From the NCBI GenBank assembly GCA_050230475.1, contig JBFLGF010000079.1, positions 1-64,000 on the forward strand: a DNA stretch of 64,000 nt. The letters are read 5' to 3'. Of the stretch, positions 37,176-50,973 are shown piece after piece. Numbering within the stretch: the stretch's first letter is position 1; the number at the start of each line of letters is the position of its first letter. The notes beneath the pieces are model-generated. The model did not search any database, was not told where the DNA came from, and worked only from the letters and a program-made list of their open reading frames with translations. The translations under genes and the position numbers were made by a program. The DNA comes from Ancylonema sp. (taxonomy: Eukaryota).

Positions 37176-38425
37176 ATGCCACAGAGGCATTCCCGCAACA
37201 ATAACGATCTCGGTTGGTTCACGTACGAAGAGAAGCGGAAGCTAGGTTTTGGTACTCAAAAAGAACGTCTGGGGAAAGACTACATCAAGCCCTTTGATGC
37301 TTGCTGTTTGTGTTTGAAGCCTCTTATAGATCCAGTATGCTGTCGTAAGGGTCACCTGTTTTGCAAGGAATGTATATATTCAAGTCTCCTCGCTCAAAAG
37401 AAAGACATAAAGAGGTATGTCATTGCAGTAGCCTGGCTGATATATCCGATGTCCATAGTTTCGTGTACACTCATGATTAATTTGATGCGGTGGCATGACT
37501 CGGGTGTGTTTCATTACAAACTTGCGGTGAAGATGTAGTTTTTTAGCAGATGTCAGGCTTTTGAAGAAAGCTTCGTCTCTGGAAATTCATCATTGGTATC
37601 TCTATTAATTACCCTCATACTTTCTGGCTCCGGAAGGCCGGAAATCAAGGAAAATGCCGAGTATGAACATTCTGCTTTTGGATCTGTCGTGGCACTTGAA
37701 TCTAGCTCACTCCTGCCTTTTCTGTTGAACATGGCAGGAAGCTGAACATATATGCTGCTCAAGAGAAGGATGACAAAGAGGAGATAGCGGAAGCTCTGTT
37801 GGCTGATAGAGATCGCCAGCTTGAGGTTTTTGAGCAGCAAAATAACCGTGCTGTCCCATCACAGGATCGACAGCATGGTCCTGGCCGAGAGTCTAGTGGA
37901 GGCTTTCACGGGGCAAACTCCGTCAAAACCACTGCCTTTGAGGCCGAAGCCCTCCGTACAATGAAAGCGTACTGGCTGCCCTCAGCGACGCCTGAGGCTC
38001 CTGCGAGAGTCGAGGCCCCTGCGATGGATACGGTATGTCCACAAGGGGACGAAAAACTGCGTCTCAAAGATTTGTCCCCCATAGCATTCACTTGTATCCC
38101 AGGCAAAGAGGACATGGATGTTCAAACTGGTGGGGGTCGGTTCATGTGCCCTTCCTGCTCCACCACCTTCACCAATGCGTCCACCTTGACAGCTGTCAGT
38201 TCCTGTGGGCATGTGCTGTGCAAGAAGTGCGCAGAGAAATTTGTGGCTGTTGAGAAGGCCTGTGTTATCTGCTCCAAAAAATGCAAAGACAAAGATCTAG
38301 TGGACTTGGAAAAGGGAGGAACAGGATACGCTGGACATGGTGAGAATCTTAGTGCGGTTGCGTTTAAGCACCTCGGCAGCGGGTCTGGGGCAGCACAATT
38401 GCGACCTGTCACTAGACTGCAATGA
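37176..38425 (+). CDS. NOSIP: Nitric oxide synthase-interacting protein homologue (NOSIP / CSU1-type RING E3), 2 exons (37176-37414, 37738-38425)
   Basis: MPQRHSRNNNDL.FTYEEKRKLGFGTQKERLGKD.IKPFDACCLCL; MKAYWLPSATPEA; CPSC...CGHVLCKKC; KGGTGYAGHG. Confidence 0.93.
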
Positions 38426-39945
38426 GCAAGTAAAGAATATTCTGTACATATTTTGCAAGTTTGCAGCTGATAGAAATAATTTAACCAGGTACGTTCCAGG
38501 GGTTTAGGGAAGAGGTAGTATTGATTGAGATAGTATAGTGTGCAAAAAATGACGTATTTCAACCTACATCAGACTTGGGAGAGTCAAGGCGAGCACGGCA
38601 AAGGACCACTCTCGGATAAACAATGAGAGCCGCTGCATTGCAGCGGACTGCGCCATCTTCGTGAAATATTCCGGGTGAAAGTCCCCGACCCTTTTGGCAG
38701 AAAGTGCCAGCCTTTGCAGGCAGACCTCTACTTGCGGTATCGGAGGGGTGAGGAAGCTTTTGCTGAACCTTCTCTGAGGCTTGCGGTGGAGTAGCTCGGT
38801 GCAGCACAGTTATGTGTGTCAGTGGAGAAACAATCCACCAACAGAATGGGGCTTACTCTTGCTGGGCTCGCACCTTAACTCTCCCGCATTCCTCATCAAG
38901 GAATGTCTAGTCTTAGGTAGTTGGACTTGCGTTGTTTTGGCATCACCTCTATAAACTAGTATTATCATTGTATTGCACATCTTGGTTGTAAGTGTCGCAT
39001 ATGCTTGTGTCCCATGTTCGGGTTGTTATGAATGTCATTTGCCTTGGAAATAGATATGATGCTGCCCTCCATACGCTTTTGCTCAATCACTTGGTGTGTC
39101 CGACCTAAAAAAATGTGGGAAGCCTGCTTCGGCTTTCCATATATAAACATTTCCAAGAAGTGATTACAATTAGCAATTCATGTCTGACACAGATTGTGCC
39201 GCTGGGATGAGGCAATATTTAAAGTTTCACGCTGTCAAACTTAAATTCAGCCTTGTCCATAGCAAATGTCTTTCACCAAAAAGAGAGGTGCTATCTAGAG
39301 ACCCTCATGCATGCACAAGTGTAAAAACATCTGCACACGAATACCTAGAATCATTGTTTTGTCATGGGTTCGACATGATCTAGTCACCGATGAGCGTGAT
39401 TTACTAGTTGATAGTATTGCATCGAGCACAAGCACAACGAACTTGTGTCTCGTGCACTTTCCGGTGCATTTCCTAGTCCATACACTAGAAAATGAATATC
39501 TGAAATACACATATCCCATGGAGCACATTCATATTACTTATACGCAGTGAACAAGTTCAGGTATTGGATGACACGTCGTTTGAACTTAATATAATAGGAA
39601 ACACGAATATGATCGATAATAAGAAGTGCAACTACTCCGTCAGTACGACTAGAGTAGGAATATTTAAATACACGAAACCTTCATATGCACTTCTTTCTAC
39701 ACCTCAGCTTACTCACAAAAATTTCCGACTACAGATATATGTCTACCGAATGAATACGGAATGAATAGAGTGGGATCACACCTCCAAACTATTCGGGGGG
39801 TGGCAAGATACCCTTTACATCTGTCCCAATGTCCTACATGACTGCATCCACCTACGTATATCAAAGATGGGAATAACTGCTGCCCTCACTATTTTGTCAG
39901 CTTTTCTGGACACTGGTGTTTCCGCTAGTCAACCATTTCTTTGGT

Positions 39946-42067
39946 TCAAAACATTTCTGCCAGCAGCAAACCTCCTGCAAATCCACCAAGCCCGCCCAGC
40001 AGCATCCCCCCCCCCCCCCAACCCCCTCCATATCCACCCCCCCCCCCATATCCACCATACCCTCCCCCCCACCCATAGCCACCCCCCCAACCGCCACGTT
40101 CATCAATAATAACTGTGGTATGCGGTGGAGGCGGGTAGTAACTTGGGTAGGATCCATATCCGCCATAGCCCCCTGCCCCACCACACTCCACAACTCAATA
40201 GCGGTCTTGCCAGCCTTCCATCCGCCCATCCCGTATGACACAAGTCTACAGGAGCGCCAGGCACAGGCAGGCTTACCATAGTATGGTGCGGGAGGTGGAT
40301 AATATGCATACGATGGGGGGTAAGCAGGCGGGGGGTAGTAGCTGGGTGGAGGGGCGGGGGGGGCGTATGAAGCGTAGGGGGAAGGAGGCGCATACGGCTG
40401 CCCATAGGCTGCAACTCGAGTAGTGGGTGTGGTGTGAGGCAAGGCACAAAACTCTAAACTACCCCCTCGCCATGATTCTAGCATCTGGCCAGAAGCGGAA
40501 AGAAGACACTCCCACTCCGTCCTTTTTGCAGACCCTACCCAAACACACCAAGCAAAATACTGCTTTGTATCTTCACACAGAGTAGAGGAGAAAGAGCTTC
40601 ATTCTTATTACCTGGAGCTTGCTGAGGTGTTGTTTGATATTGCTGGTGTGGAGGAGCGGCAGCCACTGGGGCACCTGCCACATGGAAAATTGGTGGAATG
40701 GCTATGAGATAAAAGAGAGTGACAGCTGTGAAGAGCCTGGCTGTAGTGTGCACAGGCGCCAAGCTCTCATGACAGGTCTGGCATCTGCATACTCACCGGC
40801 AGCCACAGTCATCTGCCATTGTCCGCTATCCTGCTGCTGCTGAGGTTGCCAGGGGCCGGTGGATGGAGGGGGGGGAAGCTTTGAGCGGATCTCTGGCAGA
40901 GGGCTGTAAACTCCAGGGGTGGACGATTGGGCACTCTGTTGCTGTGTGTGGGCAGTGAGGAAGGAGGTGACGGGGGCCTGGGCCTGCGAGAAGACAGCAG
41001 GGTTCAGCAAACAGGCCGTGGGATTGGGACCCAGGCTGGGGTGGGTGCAGGGACCTTGGGAATTATCTTTGTGTTGAGTTTGAGGGTCCCCAGTGTGTCC
41101 CCATTGCTCTTCACGATGGGGCAGGACAGGGAGTCACTGCCGAGCTGATAGGTCAACAAAAGGGGTACCCTGAACAGGAAGGCAACCAGCACGTCCTTCC
41201 ACTCTCAGTTCTCGGGACTTACTTATCGAATGCCAGGTGGAAATGCATCCACCTGGCAAACCAGCATGGAGTTGGGAAAATCTTCTTCGCATGTGGACAG
41301 AAGATGCACGGTGCTGCCAAGTCGCACAGCTCACAAGCAATCGGAAATGGTGCGATACAGAATTCAGAATTAAGAGAAAACTGACGTTATTCGAGCGATG
41401 GCTTCGCGTGGCTCCGGCTTGTTTCCATCGTAAACATTGATGTCTACTTCGTTCACGCCACTCTCCACGTCATACCCAAACTTCAAGTCTGAGTAAACAC
41501 AGATATGAAAAACGAGATCATTGACTGAGAGCAGCCCTAACCTCCACACTCGCCTACCACTCAGCTAACACATGACCTTCAGGTTTCGAACCAACAGCCG
41601 TCCGTAACTTTAGAAACGCGGCAGACCCAGACAGCATGGTAGGACAGAGGTATTCATAGCACGGACATGTCTTTGGCTTCACAAGGCACATACAGACTAT
41701 TCCAACTTAGACTACTAACTGGCCCCCATCGACTGCCATTGTCGCAGTGAACCACATATGTAAATGAGCGGGTGGCTAGTACGTTTTTTTTCAGTGGGAC
41801 TACATGTAAGCATCTTGCGAGGGGTCGACAGCCAAGATTGGGCCAAACGATGATATCTTTACTTCTAAAAAACTTGATCTGTGCCTATGCTCTTAACAGA
41901 GGCAAGGCAGTAGGGGTAGGGGTACTACCTTTGATCAATTTAGCGACCCATTGTTGCCGAGTGCCGTAACGTAGAACCGCGAATGGGTCTGCACCGACAG
42001 GCTCCCTCTCCTTCTCTCTCGGGCTGCACTCCGCACCTGATAAGGTGATTTCGAGAACATCACCCAT
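39946..42067 (-). CDS. C2-domain protein with Pro/Tyr-rich linker and Gly-rich hydrophobic tail (SRC2-like), ~7 exons
   Basis: VLEITLSGAE...DPFAVLRYG; VDINVYDGNK; GDTLGTLKL; PPSYYPPPAYPP; C-terminal GGMLLGGLGGFAGGLLLAEMF then TGA. Confidence 0.7.
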
Positions 42068-44180
42068 ACCTTCGAAATTAAGGTCAGCTAGAATCTACTC
42101 AGCATCAGAACCTGGACAAGCTACATCTGCAAGCCTGGTTTAACAAGCCAGGAGAATGTGCCCGGATGCCCAAGCTATCATTAAATTGGCTCTTGCATCG
42201 CAGGGTACTGCAGACTACCTGCATGTGTTGCAACAAAATCGGACCTTCTACCTCAACAACCCGATTCACAGCCGCCCAGCCAAGAATGGGACTCCCTACC
42301 CGCACTCGTCATCCGATATAGATGTGACGTCGTAGAATCCGGTGGCCCCTCGCGGATTCTGGGTCTGCGGGGGGCTGGGTGGGCGGGTGGCACAACGCTA
42401 CCTAACTTAGCTAATGTGGTTGTCTTTCGAATTTGGTTGTTATCTAGCAGGGAGACCCATGTCTACACATGTCTACACTCGACCGGACTGCCTACACCAG
42501 GATAACATTCAATTCAATCACCTCTTATGGAATATTGTCTTGACCTGGAAAAAATATTCCATAAGCACGGTCATATATTAGAGAAATGTGTTTAGAGTTG
42601 TGAAAATGTCTATTTAATAGACATTGTACCGTGCATGCCAGGCTACCTTATATGGCCCCCACTGACCCCGATATGATAATATGCTCCCCACACTATATCG
42701 TACATCTAGCCAACATGACTAATGCTAATGTGAAAGGAATGCACCCAAGATGATAGGCACACACCAATTTCCTAAACACAAAAAGGGTCACTCGCACACT
42801 ATTGCATCTCTTTGCTTTCGATGTGTGCATGAGCTATGTGTCTGTATCATGTATTTCTTTTTGCACTGAGAGCTGCGGGTGAACATCTAGTTTGCATTTG
42901 GGTGACAAATAATTTGGCAGCTTTGGCCGACGGCGAACGCCACAAGTACTTCAGAGTGGCTAGTGGGGTAATACATGAGGATGGAGCGCTCACACACTCC
43001 ACCCCAGTTATCAGCGTCGAATAATCTCTTTCCGATGATAATGCGATGGTCCAACAATCACACCGTAAACGATGCTAGATCCACTGTTATATTCAAGTTA
43101 CCGACAGACACTCCCGCGCGAGCGTCGTACGGGTACTACCTATCACTAGTCAACGACACCTAAAGGTCCGCCGCATCACATGCAACATCAATGTATCATA
43201 TCGGTATAATCTACCATACACCACCATACACCTCCGCGCCCATCCGACAGTCAACATGACAGTGACGGCGACGTCATGCTAAGCCACTGACCGATCTCTA
43301 GCCTGTTGACAAGCCTTTCTAAATTTTATCGTGTCGCTTCTTAGGTTGTGTCCCGCACATCGTCCCACACTATTGTCGAATAAGGTGAGGTATTTTTTAT
43401 AAGAGATCAAAGACGGGTGAACCCAGATATTCCGAGTAGGCTAGCCGAGTATTCAAACACGCATGTGGTCCTGTCGTGCGTTCTCAAATCTACGGCTTCC
43501 AATAATCAAGCGCACAAGACATCGATGTGGAGTTCCTCATTATAAACATAGTCTTCACGAGCACATCATACGTTAGAGGCACCGAAATGTTGAGTACCGA
43601 CTTGCCTCCGCTAAATCATGTTCGTTAGAGGCACACCACGCACGTTGTGGACACGAAAATTGGGCGATTTTGTGCCATCATCGAAATGTGTTGTCGACAG
43701 TAAATCTTCTTTTTTTCATGAGAGTGGCCACCTCGCATTTGTACTTATTCACACGCCGAACAATTGTCGGATCATGTATGATCGTGTGCATATATGGTAG
43801 TTGCGCCGCCGGTTGCAATCAATAACTACTGCGGGCGGTAGTGGCGCAAGTGGTTTCACGATATAGGCAGGAGAGGATTACGGGAGTCCCGGCGGACCCA
43901 TAGTTGGCGGTGCGTGACGTCGTCCGCGCGCACAGTTGTTATCAGTGTTGTACAGTTGATGTACATCACGGATAGTAGCCATGATTACGGAAAATTTCAT
44001 ACTTAGTGAGATGAAACACATGTTTATTATAACCGAATGACAAGATTCTCATCTTGTTACAACGAAATATTGTCCAATTCAAGTGAATGCCAACAAATCA
44101 AATCATTATACCAAGGGAACTCACGCGCGTTTAGAACCGTGCCATAAAACACTCTACCAACCAAACCTTTTTTCAAAAGT

Positions 44181-45220
44181 CTAAGAAGACCCCACAATCG
44201 CCATGAGATCCCAAGCTAAAATAACCGAACGAGCGGGGAGTGTAGATAGCAAAGATGAAGTCGCCTCAAGACGAGCCGTACGCGCATGAATCGCTCGAGC
44301 TTGCGCACGTTGAAGTGTGACCGCAACTTGGTGCCGAAACCAAGTGACGAGGACGCTCGTAGAGGGGGATGATCCCCCATGCTCGGAAATTGCTCGCCGA
44401 GCGCAGTCGCGCAGGAATTCAGCTGTTTGAGAAATCAACGCACTGTACGTCTCGATGGCGATAGAAATGAAAGTGTCCCCTCGCGGTCGCCCATCGTAGT
44501 GCCGCGCAGCCTCTCAGGTGGCATGCTGGGGAACAAATGTTGCTCTTGCGACAAGGTCAACACGCGTCGGGTCCACCATAACACCGTCTAACAAGGCGTG
44601 ACCACGTGCTAGCTCGGATATCACCACATCCACGCGTCCCCCTCGGACCCCTAGGATGGACGAAGGGAGAAATCCCGTCTTCTCCCGCACGACCGCGTGA
44701 CTTGCGTCTCGTAAAATGTAGTGAATTGCATCGCGCACAACATCGTGGGCAGTAGTGCGCTCGCCACCATGTGAACACCGCAATAAATGGGTCCTCCAAA
44801 GCATCCATCGAGTGCCCACATGTACAAACCGAATGGTCAAACAAGCATGGGTGAGGAAAGCCAAGCCGCATTCTCAATGCCGTGACGCAATTTGCGGATG
44901 CTAATTGTAGCGACGGAATTGTAACTGACAACCAATGGCATGATGACACGCCACTAACAGATCGTAGTCGGGCCTACTACGACGGAAAATTTGTTGCACT
45001 CACATGGGCCTCAAACTCCTCAACATGGGCGGCTGCCGCTAGGGTGAACCGAAGGGAAGGGGAAGGGGAGCAAGAAAAGCTCTCGAACGACGGGACGATT
45101 GCGCGCACATGTAGGGGAAGAATGGACATGGCATCACGGATGCCAATCTGAAATGTTAGGGCGCCAGTGCCATAATCACGTATAACCGAAGATAAGTGCT
45201 GCTGTAAATGGGTGGTGGTA
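44181..45220 (-). mobile_element. 5'-truncated, degenerate non-LTR retrotransposon with CCHC knuckle and restriction-like endonuclease (CRE/R2-type)
   Basis: ALRMRLGFPHP...CTCGH...HLLRCSHGGERTTAHDVVRD...RGGRVDVV...LLDGVMVDP...FISIAIETY...QVAVTLQRAQARAI across frameshifts. Confidence 0.8.
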
Positions 45221-45755
45221 AGTGAGGCTGTCGTGCTATCTAGCATCATCTACACACACACGTGTAAAGCAATGCACTAACGAATACATCGACAAGTGCC
45301 ACAACACTAACAAACACATCGACACGTGTCTCCCCATACGCGCGATCATATCTAATACCGCCGCCACCTCACACGTGCGAACATGCACGTGTGGACTAAC
45401 GCACTACACACATGCATACCCATGCCATATACGCAATTCTGACTGAAGATTTACCCAAGGCAAGTTTTTGCTCGGGTTACTGCACGTGAGTGCACGAAAC
45501 TATGATAGTATGAATACTCTGCGTTAGACCAAAAGCCCGATCTATCGCCAAATTGCACGATCAAGAATTCCATCGACGCGTGATCAGGTATCTAAGAAAG
45601 TACTAGCCAAGATGCAGATAATGTTATAACAATGCAAGTGTATGCAAAGATAACGTTAAAAACCACCGGAGCACACTCGGACACGATAAGGACCAGAGTG
45701 TTACAGAGTGGGGATGTAAGGTCCTACGCAGCTGCAGGGACCGAACGTCACAGTA

Positions 45756-46057
45756 TGTAAGGAGGACATCTTTAGTGCAAGGAAGGAATAGTGTACTAAA
45801 GAGTGAGGCTCTGAACATGTAAGAACGGATACTAGTTTAAGGGAGCGAAGCTCGATAAGCGGCTAGTGAATGCTTTCGTGGAAATACTTATCTGGTCTAA
45901 TAACTTAAGTCGGGTAAATGGAATTAGCTCTGACAGCTAATAACTTAAGTCGCGAAACTGAAAGTGACGCGAAACAGAACTAAAGGTAATATTAGCGTCG
46001 GCTATACATCGTACGATTACTCGAGTGTGAGGAGCACACACCAGTGTGTTCCTAACA
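45756..46057 (+). mobile_element. Solo LTR inserted into an older LTR copy
   Basis: TGTAAGG...CCTAACA; 5-bp TSD CAGTA/CAATA; the rejoined flanks match the empty site at ~49180-49215. Confidence 0.75.
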
Positions 46058-48002
46058 CAATAGGTTGTCGTCTAGTGCTAAAACTAGCATTCCCGTATTA
46101 GCAACTACGTGTGATACTTCCCGCCGACATAGCTATGCTAAGTACCATACATCAAATATTCCGTACTAGCACGTCATCGACCTCAACACGTGTCGCTGCA
46201 CTAACATACACATCGACACGTGCCTCCCCACATGTGTGATCATATCTAATACCGCAACCATATCACACGTGCGAACCGCACGGGTGGACTCATGCACTTC
46301 ACACATGCATACCCATGTCATGTGTGCAATCACAATGCATCTCTCTCACTCATCTACACCATGCACCATCGGGTGCATGCGCACAACTCATACATATGTA
46401 CTCCGCCATGAGCAAAATGATTTTGACTCCTCCCCCAAAGCTAATGTAGACTCCCGAGTCTTTCGTTTTGTAAAATTCCACGCGTCATGCGGCGTGGAAC
46501 CAGATGAAGGGGCTTGCGCAAAAATCTCATGGGGTAGGGCCTATTCACCCCAACCAAAATGTATAAACATGAGTATATATCCACCTCCTAGTTGGTTGCA
46601 ATGGAATGAGGAGAGGCTTGCTCCCCATTCCGTCGTCACCTAGGAGGTCAGATCCCCACAACAATTCCCATCCCGAGCCAAGGTTTGAGGGAACGTGTTG
46701 CCTCACTCATGATGCTGTGTGGCATATCATAATAGTAGTTGATCCACCACAGTCCCCACTCCCACTAAAATCCAAATAGTGGATCACATGCACATCCTAT
46801 GGTGTATATGAACAGTGCATTGTACTTAGGGTAGTCAACATCGTATTGGAACGGCTGAGTGCATTCAAATGCTTTGGATTAGCCAAATGTATTTGGCTAT
46901 TATTATTCCTCTAAATTACCATGTCTTGTTATTCACCCAAGTTGTTTCTGCCAACTTTATAAAAATGTAATTTTTAGGGTTTGTAATAACGGGGTTGCCA
47001 TTATGGAGAGGATATTCAACCTCCGACTCTCGTACTAAGGGAATGCACCCAAGTTGGTACTTTCAACCAAGCAAAAATGTTGTTTTTAGGGTTTGTACAT
47101 GACGAGGGTGTCATTACAAGGGGAAATTCCTTCCTAGACCCATATTTAATCGGGTATACACTTGAGCTGGTGTGCCAACAAAAATTAGCATACGTGATCA
47201 ACATATTTCGTTGATGGGACCGCATGAAAAATGGACATTCCTCCATAGACCCATATATGACAGATTTTTCCACCCTAATTGGGACTCCCAATTGGGACTC
47301 CCAACAAGATGGCCTGAAACGTTTCGGGTTTCATCGAATGGGACTGCATTAAACAAGGATATTTGTTGTGCTATCTAGCATCGTATACACACACGTGTAA
47401 TGCACCGCTGTAATGAATCTTCCCGCACGTGTCATCGCACTAACGAAGACTTCGACACTTGCCTCCCCACACGTGTGATCACATCAACTACCGTCCTCCA
47501 CTCCACACGTGCGAAATCGCACGTGTTGTACAATGCAGGAGACACATACATATCCATGCCATGCGTGCAATCACAACCACACTCACTCACTTATTTACAC
47601 CAAGCACCATCAAGTGCATGTACACAACTCATACACATCGCCTCCGCCATGTGCAAATGATTCTCACTAAGATGTATCCAAAACAAGGTGATCGCTTGGG
47701 TAGCTGTGCTTGAGTGTACGAAACTATGAGATGGGTATAACTCGATGGGAAGCTCGATCTATCGCTGACTTCGACTGTCCATAATTATATCAAAGCGTAA
47801 TCAGAATGCTAAAGCAATGCCAACCAAGATGCAAATAGCGCGATAACAATCTGTCATACTATCCAACATCGTGTGAATATATACGTGTAACACGTCGCTA
47901 TAACGAAAACACACACGTGCCACCTCCCTAACGAACAATTTACACGTGCGAAACCACACGTGTGGTACTATGCACTATACACATGCATCTCATGACATGT
48001 AT

Positions 48003-48434
48003 TGTAATGAAGTGAACTATTTGCTTGGAAAGAATGGAGAATGGAATGAGAAGAGTGGAAGGGAATGAATGGAATGGAAAGAAAGAGAATTGAAAGAGAA
48101 GTGAAGCGAAGCGGGAAGCATGAAAAGAGGAAAGGTAGGCACTTAGAAAGAAACACGAGCACATGAGTTGATAAGGACGGAATGTATGAGGTTTCTTTCT
48201 ATGCTATATAGTAATCAAATGACTAGGGACACGATGGAATAAGTGTAAGAACGGTAACTAGTCCAAGCACTCGAAGCGAACGTCTAGTTAACGAAATGAT
48301 TACTAAGTACGGAAAATAGTTAAGTGACGGGAATAACTTAAAAGCTAAGAACTTTGGTCACTTCAGTCGAAACGGGTTAAGCACCAAATACGAGTACTAG
48401 CTAGTTAGGGACACACACCAGTGTGGTCCTAACA
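48003..48434 (+). mobile_element. Solo LTR (related to 45756-46057) inserted into an older LTR copy
   Basis: TGTAATG...CACACACCAGTGTGGTCCTAACA; 5-bp TSD TGTAT/TGTGT; the rejoined flanks match the empty site at ~46300-46380. Confidence 0.75.
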
Positions 48435-50973
48435 TGTGTGCTCTACACAACTCTCACCCACTCATCTACGTCATGCACCATCGGGTGCACGTTGGACACC
48501 ATTGTGTCAGAATGAAGACAAGCCCGAGGCAAGGCGGTTGCTTGGGTTGCTGTGCGTGAGTGCACGAAACTGTGAGATGGGAGATTCAGAATCTCGCAAA
48601 AAGTGCGATCTATTACTGAATTCGACGATCAGCAATACAAACGACGTAGTATCAAAGTACTAGATGCAACGCCAGGATGCAGATAACACAATCACAACGC
48701 ACAGATTACGCCGCAGGGCTCACTCTCACACAATGGTGTGAGAGTGGTACATAGTGAGAGTGTAAGCTACTGCACAATTGCAATCATCGAACGTTTCTAG
48801 AGTGTCGTCTAATGCAATACGAAACGTTGCGAGCTTACGCTAAAATACAACTACGTGTATATTTCCCGTCACTATGCCGGTAAGACCTAACGGCCCAGCC
48901 GCAAAGGTCACGCTACGTGCCGTACATCAATTATACGTGAGTAGCGCGACAATCATTAATACGGTTGTAAAGTGAAACTACTTGCGCCATTATCGCCTGC
49001 ATCGGTTCTTGATTGCAACCGGTGGCGCAATACGCCATACAGGCACACGATCATATATGGGCTGAGAAATCCACAAAGTGTGCAAGGATAACGTTAAACA
49101 CCACCCGGGCTCACTCTGACACGATAAGCGTCACAGTGTTACAGAGTGAGAGTGTAAGGCCGTGCGCAACTACAGGGACCGAATGTCACACTAGTTTGTC
49201 GTCTGGTGAAAACTATCATTTTGCACTTACGCTAATTGCGTCTACGTGTGATACTTCCAACCAACTATGCAGGCAAGGTCATTCTGAGTTTGACCCTGTC
49301 GCTAGGGTCACAAAACTACGTACTATACATTAACTATACGTACTAGCAATTACGTGCGAGCGACATCAGCAACCAATATATCACGGAACTACTTGCGCCA
49401 TTACCACTTAGAAAGGTTTTTGATTGCAATCGGCGACCCAAATACCATATAGACACACGATCACATATGGACCGACAGCTCTCGTGCTATCCAACATCGT
49501 CTACACACACACACACATGTAAAGCATCGCTATAACAAAGAAACCCGCACGTGCCGCTGCATTAACGAACACATCGTGATGTAAGGGGAGAGTTGTAATG
49601 AGAACGACTTGGAATATCCATGAGTTCTACGCAAAGAATGACCAAATACCGAACATTGATCACATATCAAAGTCCGTAATGACACAATTTTGAGCTTCAG
49701 CAAAACTCATCCCTTTGACGCTGAGTGCTACGATGAAATGCCCTCATCACGGTTCTCTCAATCCCCCCCACCATGCAACTACCAAGAATGAACAGGCATG
49801 AGCAGGAGCACGCAGCAAGACGCAGGCCGGAGGACGCAGCATGATGCGGGCCGAAGGATGTAGGACGCGTGCCCTACGACACCGTCGCCGCTAGAGGCCG
49901 TTTGAAAGTGTTTCGTGAGATACATGCTGCATCAGCAAAATTTCCCGCATCAATGTATCACGTGACCAAACTAAGCGCAAAGAACAGAGCGCATAGAGTA
50001 GACACCAGTCTAGCACATAGAGCACTCAGAGCAGGGCCGAGAGAGGTCAAGAGACACCCAAAGCGAGTAGGCACGGTGGGTGGGTGGATTGGTGGGTGTA
50101 CGGGTGGATGGATGGCGGTCCACAGGCGTCCCCTCCCAGACTGCGGTCGCCGCTCGGAATCGCGGCGTATCCAGGCGCATACGGGCAATTCCGGGCGACT
50201 TAGGGCGATGGCGGGCGCCATCCGAGATCCCAATAGAGGTCCGACGCCGGTCGGAACGTGGCGTGGACGGAAGTCCGAAACCCCCGACGAACCCCCCGGC
50301 GACAGTCCGAAAAAGGCTGGAGTTACTGTAGTATAAGGCAATCAATAATAGCCTTAGAACGAGGTTCGCGCTAGTGAATAGACCTTGTTATAAAGAGAAT
50401 TGCACTAGCTCGTTATAAAGCGAACGGAAACTGAAGTAGGTGTTATAACTAAGGTCGTTGACCGTATGCATTCTATGTTGACTAGAGGTATATGGAACAT
50501 TTCAGAAGTTGAGAAGTTAAAGATCTACTTGTGCATGAAAAGTTGACCGTTTGGTGCAATGCATTGCATAATGCATTGCATATGGCATAACTTAGGAAGT
50601 CCAATCGTTTGTGGAATGGTCATTGTAGTTAGACATTTCGTTTATGAAACGGTCATAGCAACTTCTAGTTAGTTAGAAAATTGACTTACGAAGTCCAAAC
50701 ATTGTGGATTGACAATTAATTCATTCAGTTGCACATCAGCCAAGTATTGCATTTTTCGTGTATGATTCCGTATTTTGAAGTAAGTCAAGCATGATCAAGT
50801 TTATATGACTTTGGGGTTGACTCGATTGTCATTCAGGTTATAAGTGCCACAGTCCAGCATGGCTGATGGTATTTCAGTTACCAAGTAACGACCTAACACG
50901 AGCATCCCTTGGGACCCACCACTTCGCTCTCCACTTCGAAAAGATTCTAAAAATGTGGAATGCGCGTCCCTTA

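Larger units (their letters stand above)
45229..49575 (+). mobile_element. Cluster of nested/tandem solo-LTR-like copies (termini TGTCG...CGACA), CACGTG-rich
   Basis: Repeated starts TGT(C/T)GTGCTATCTAGCATC at 45229 and 47365, with variants at 47852 and ~49481; homologous bodies; end GGACCGACA at ~49477. Confidence 0.7.

Noticed and set aside
46440..47360. Possible coding relic between LTR copies
   Set aside because: Multiple stops in the frames read and no recognisable motif.
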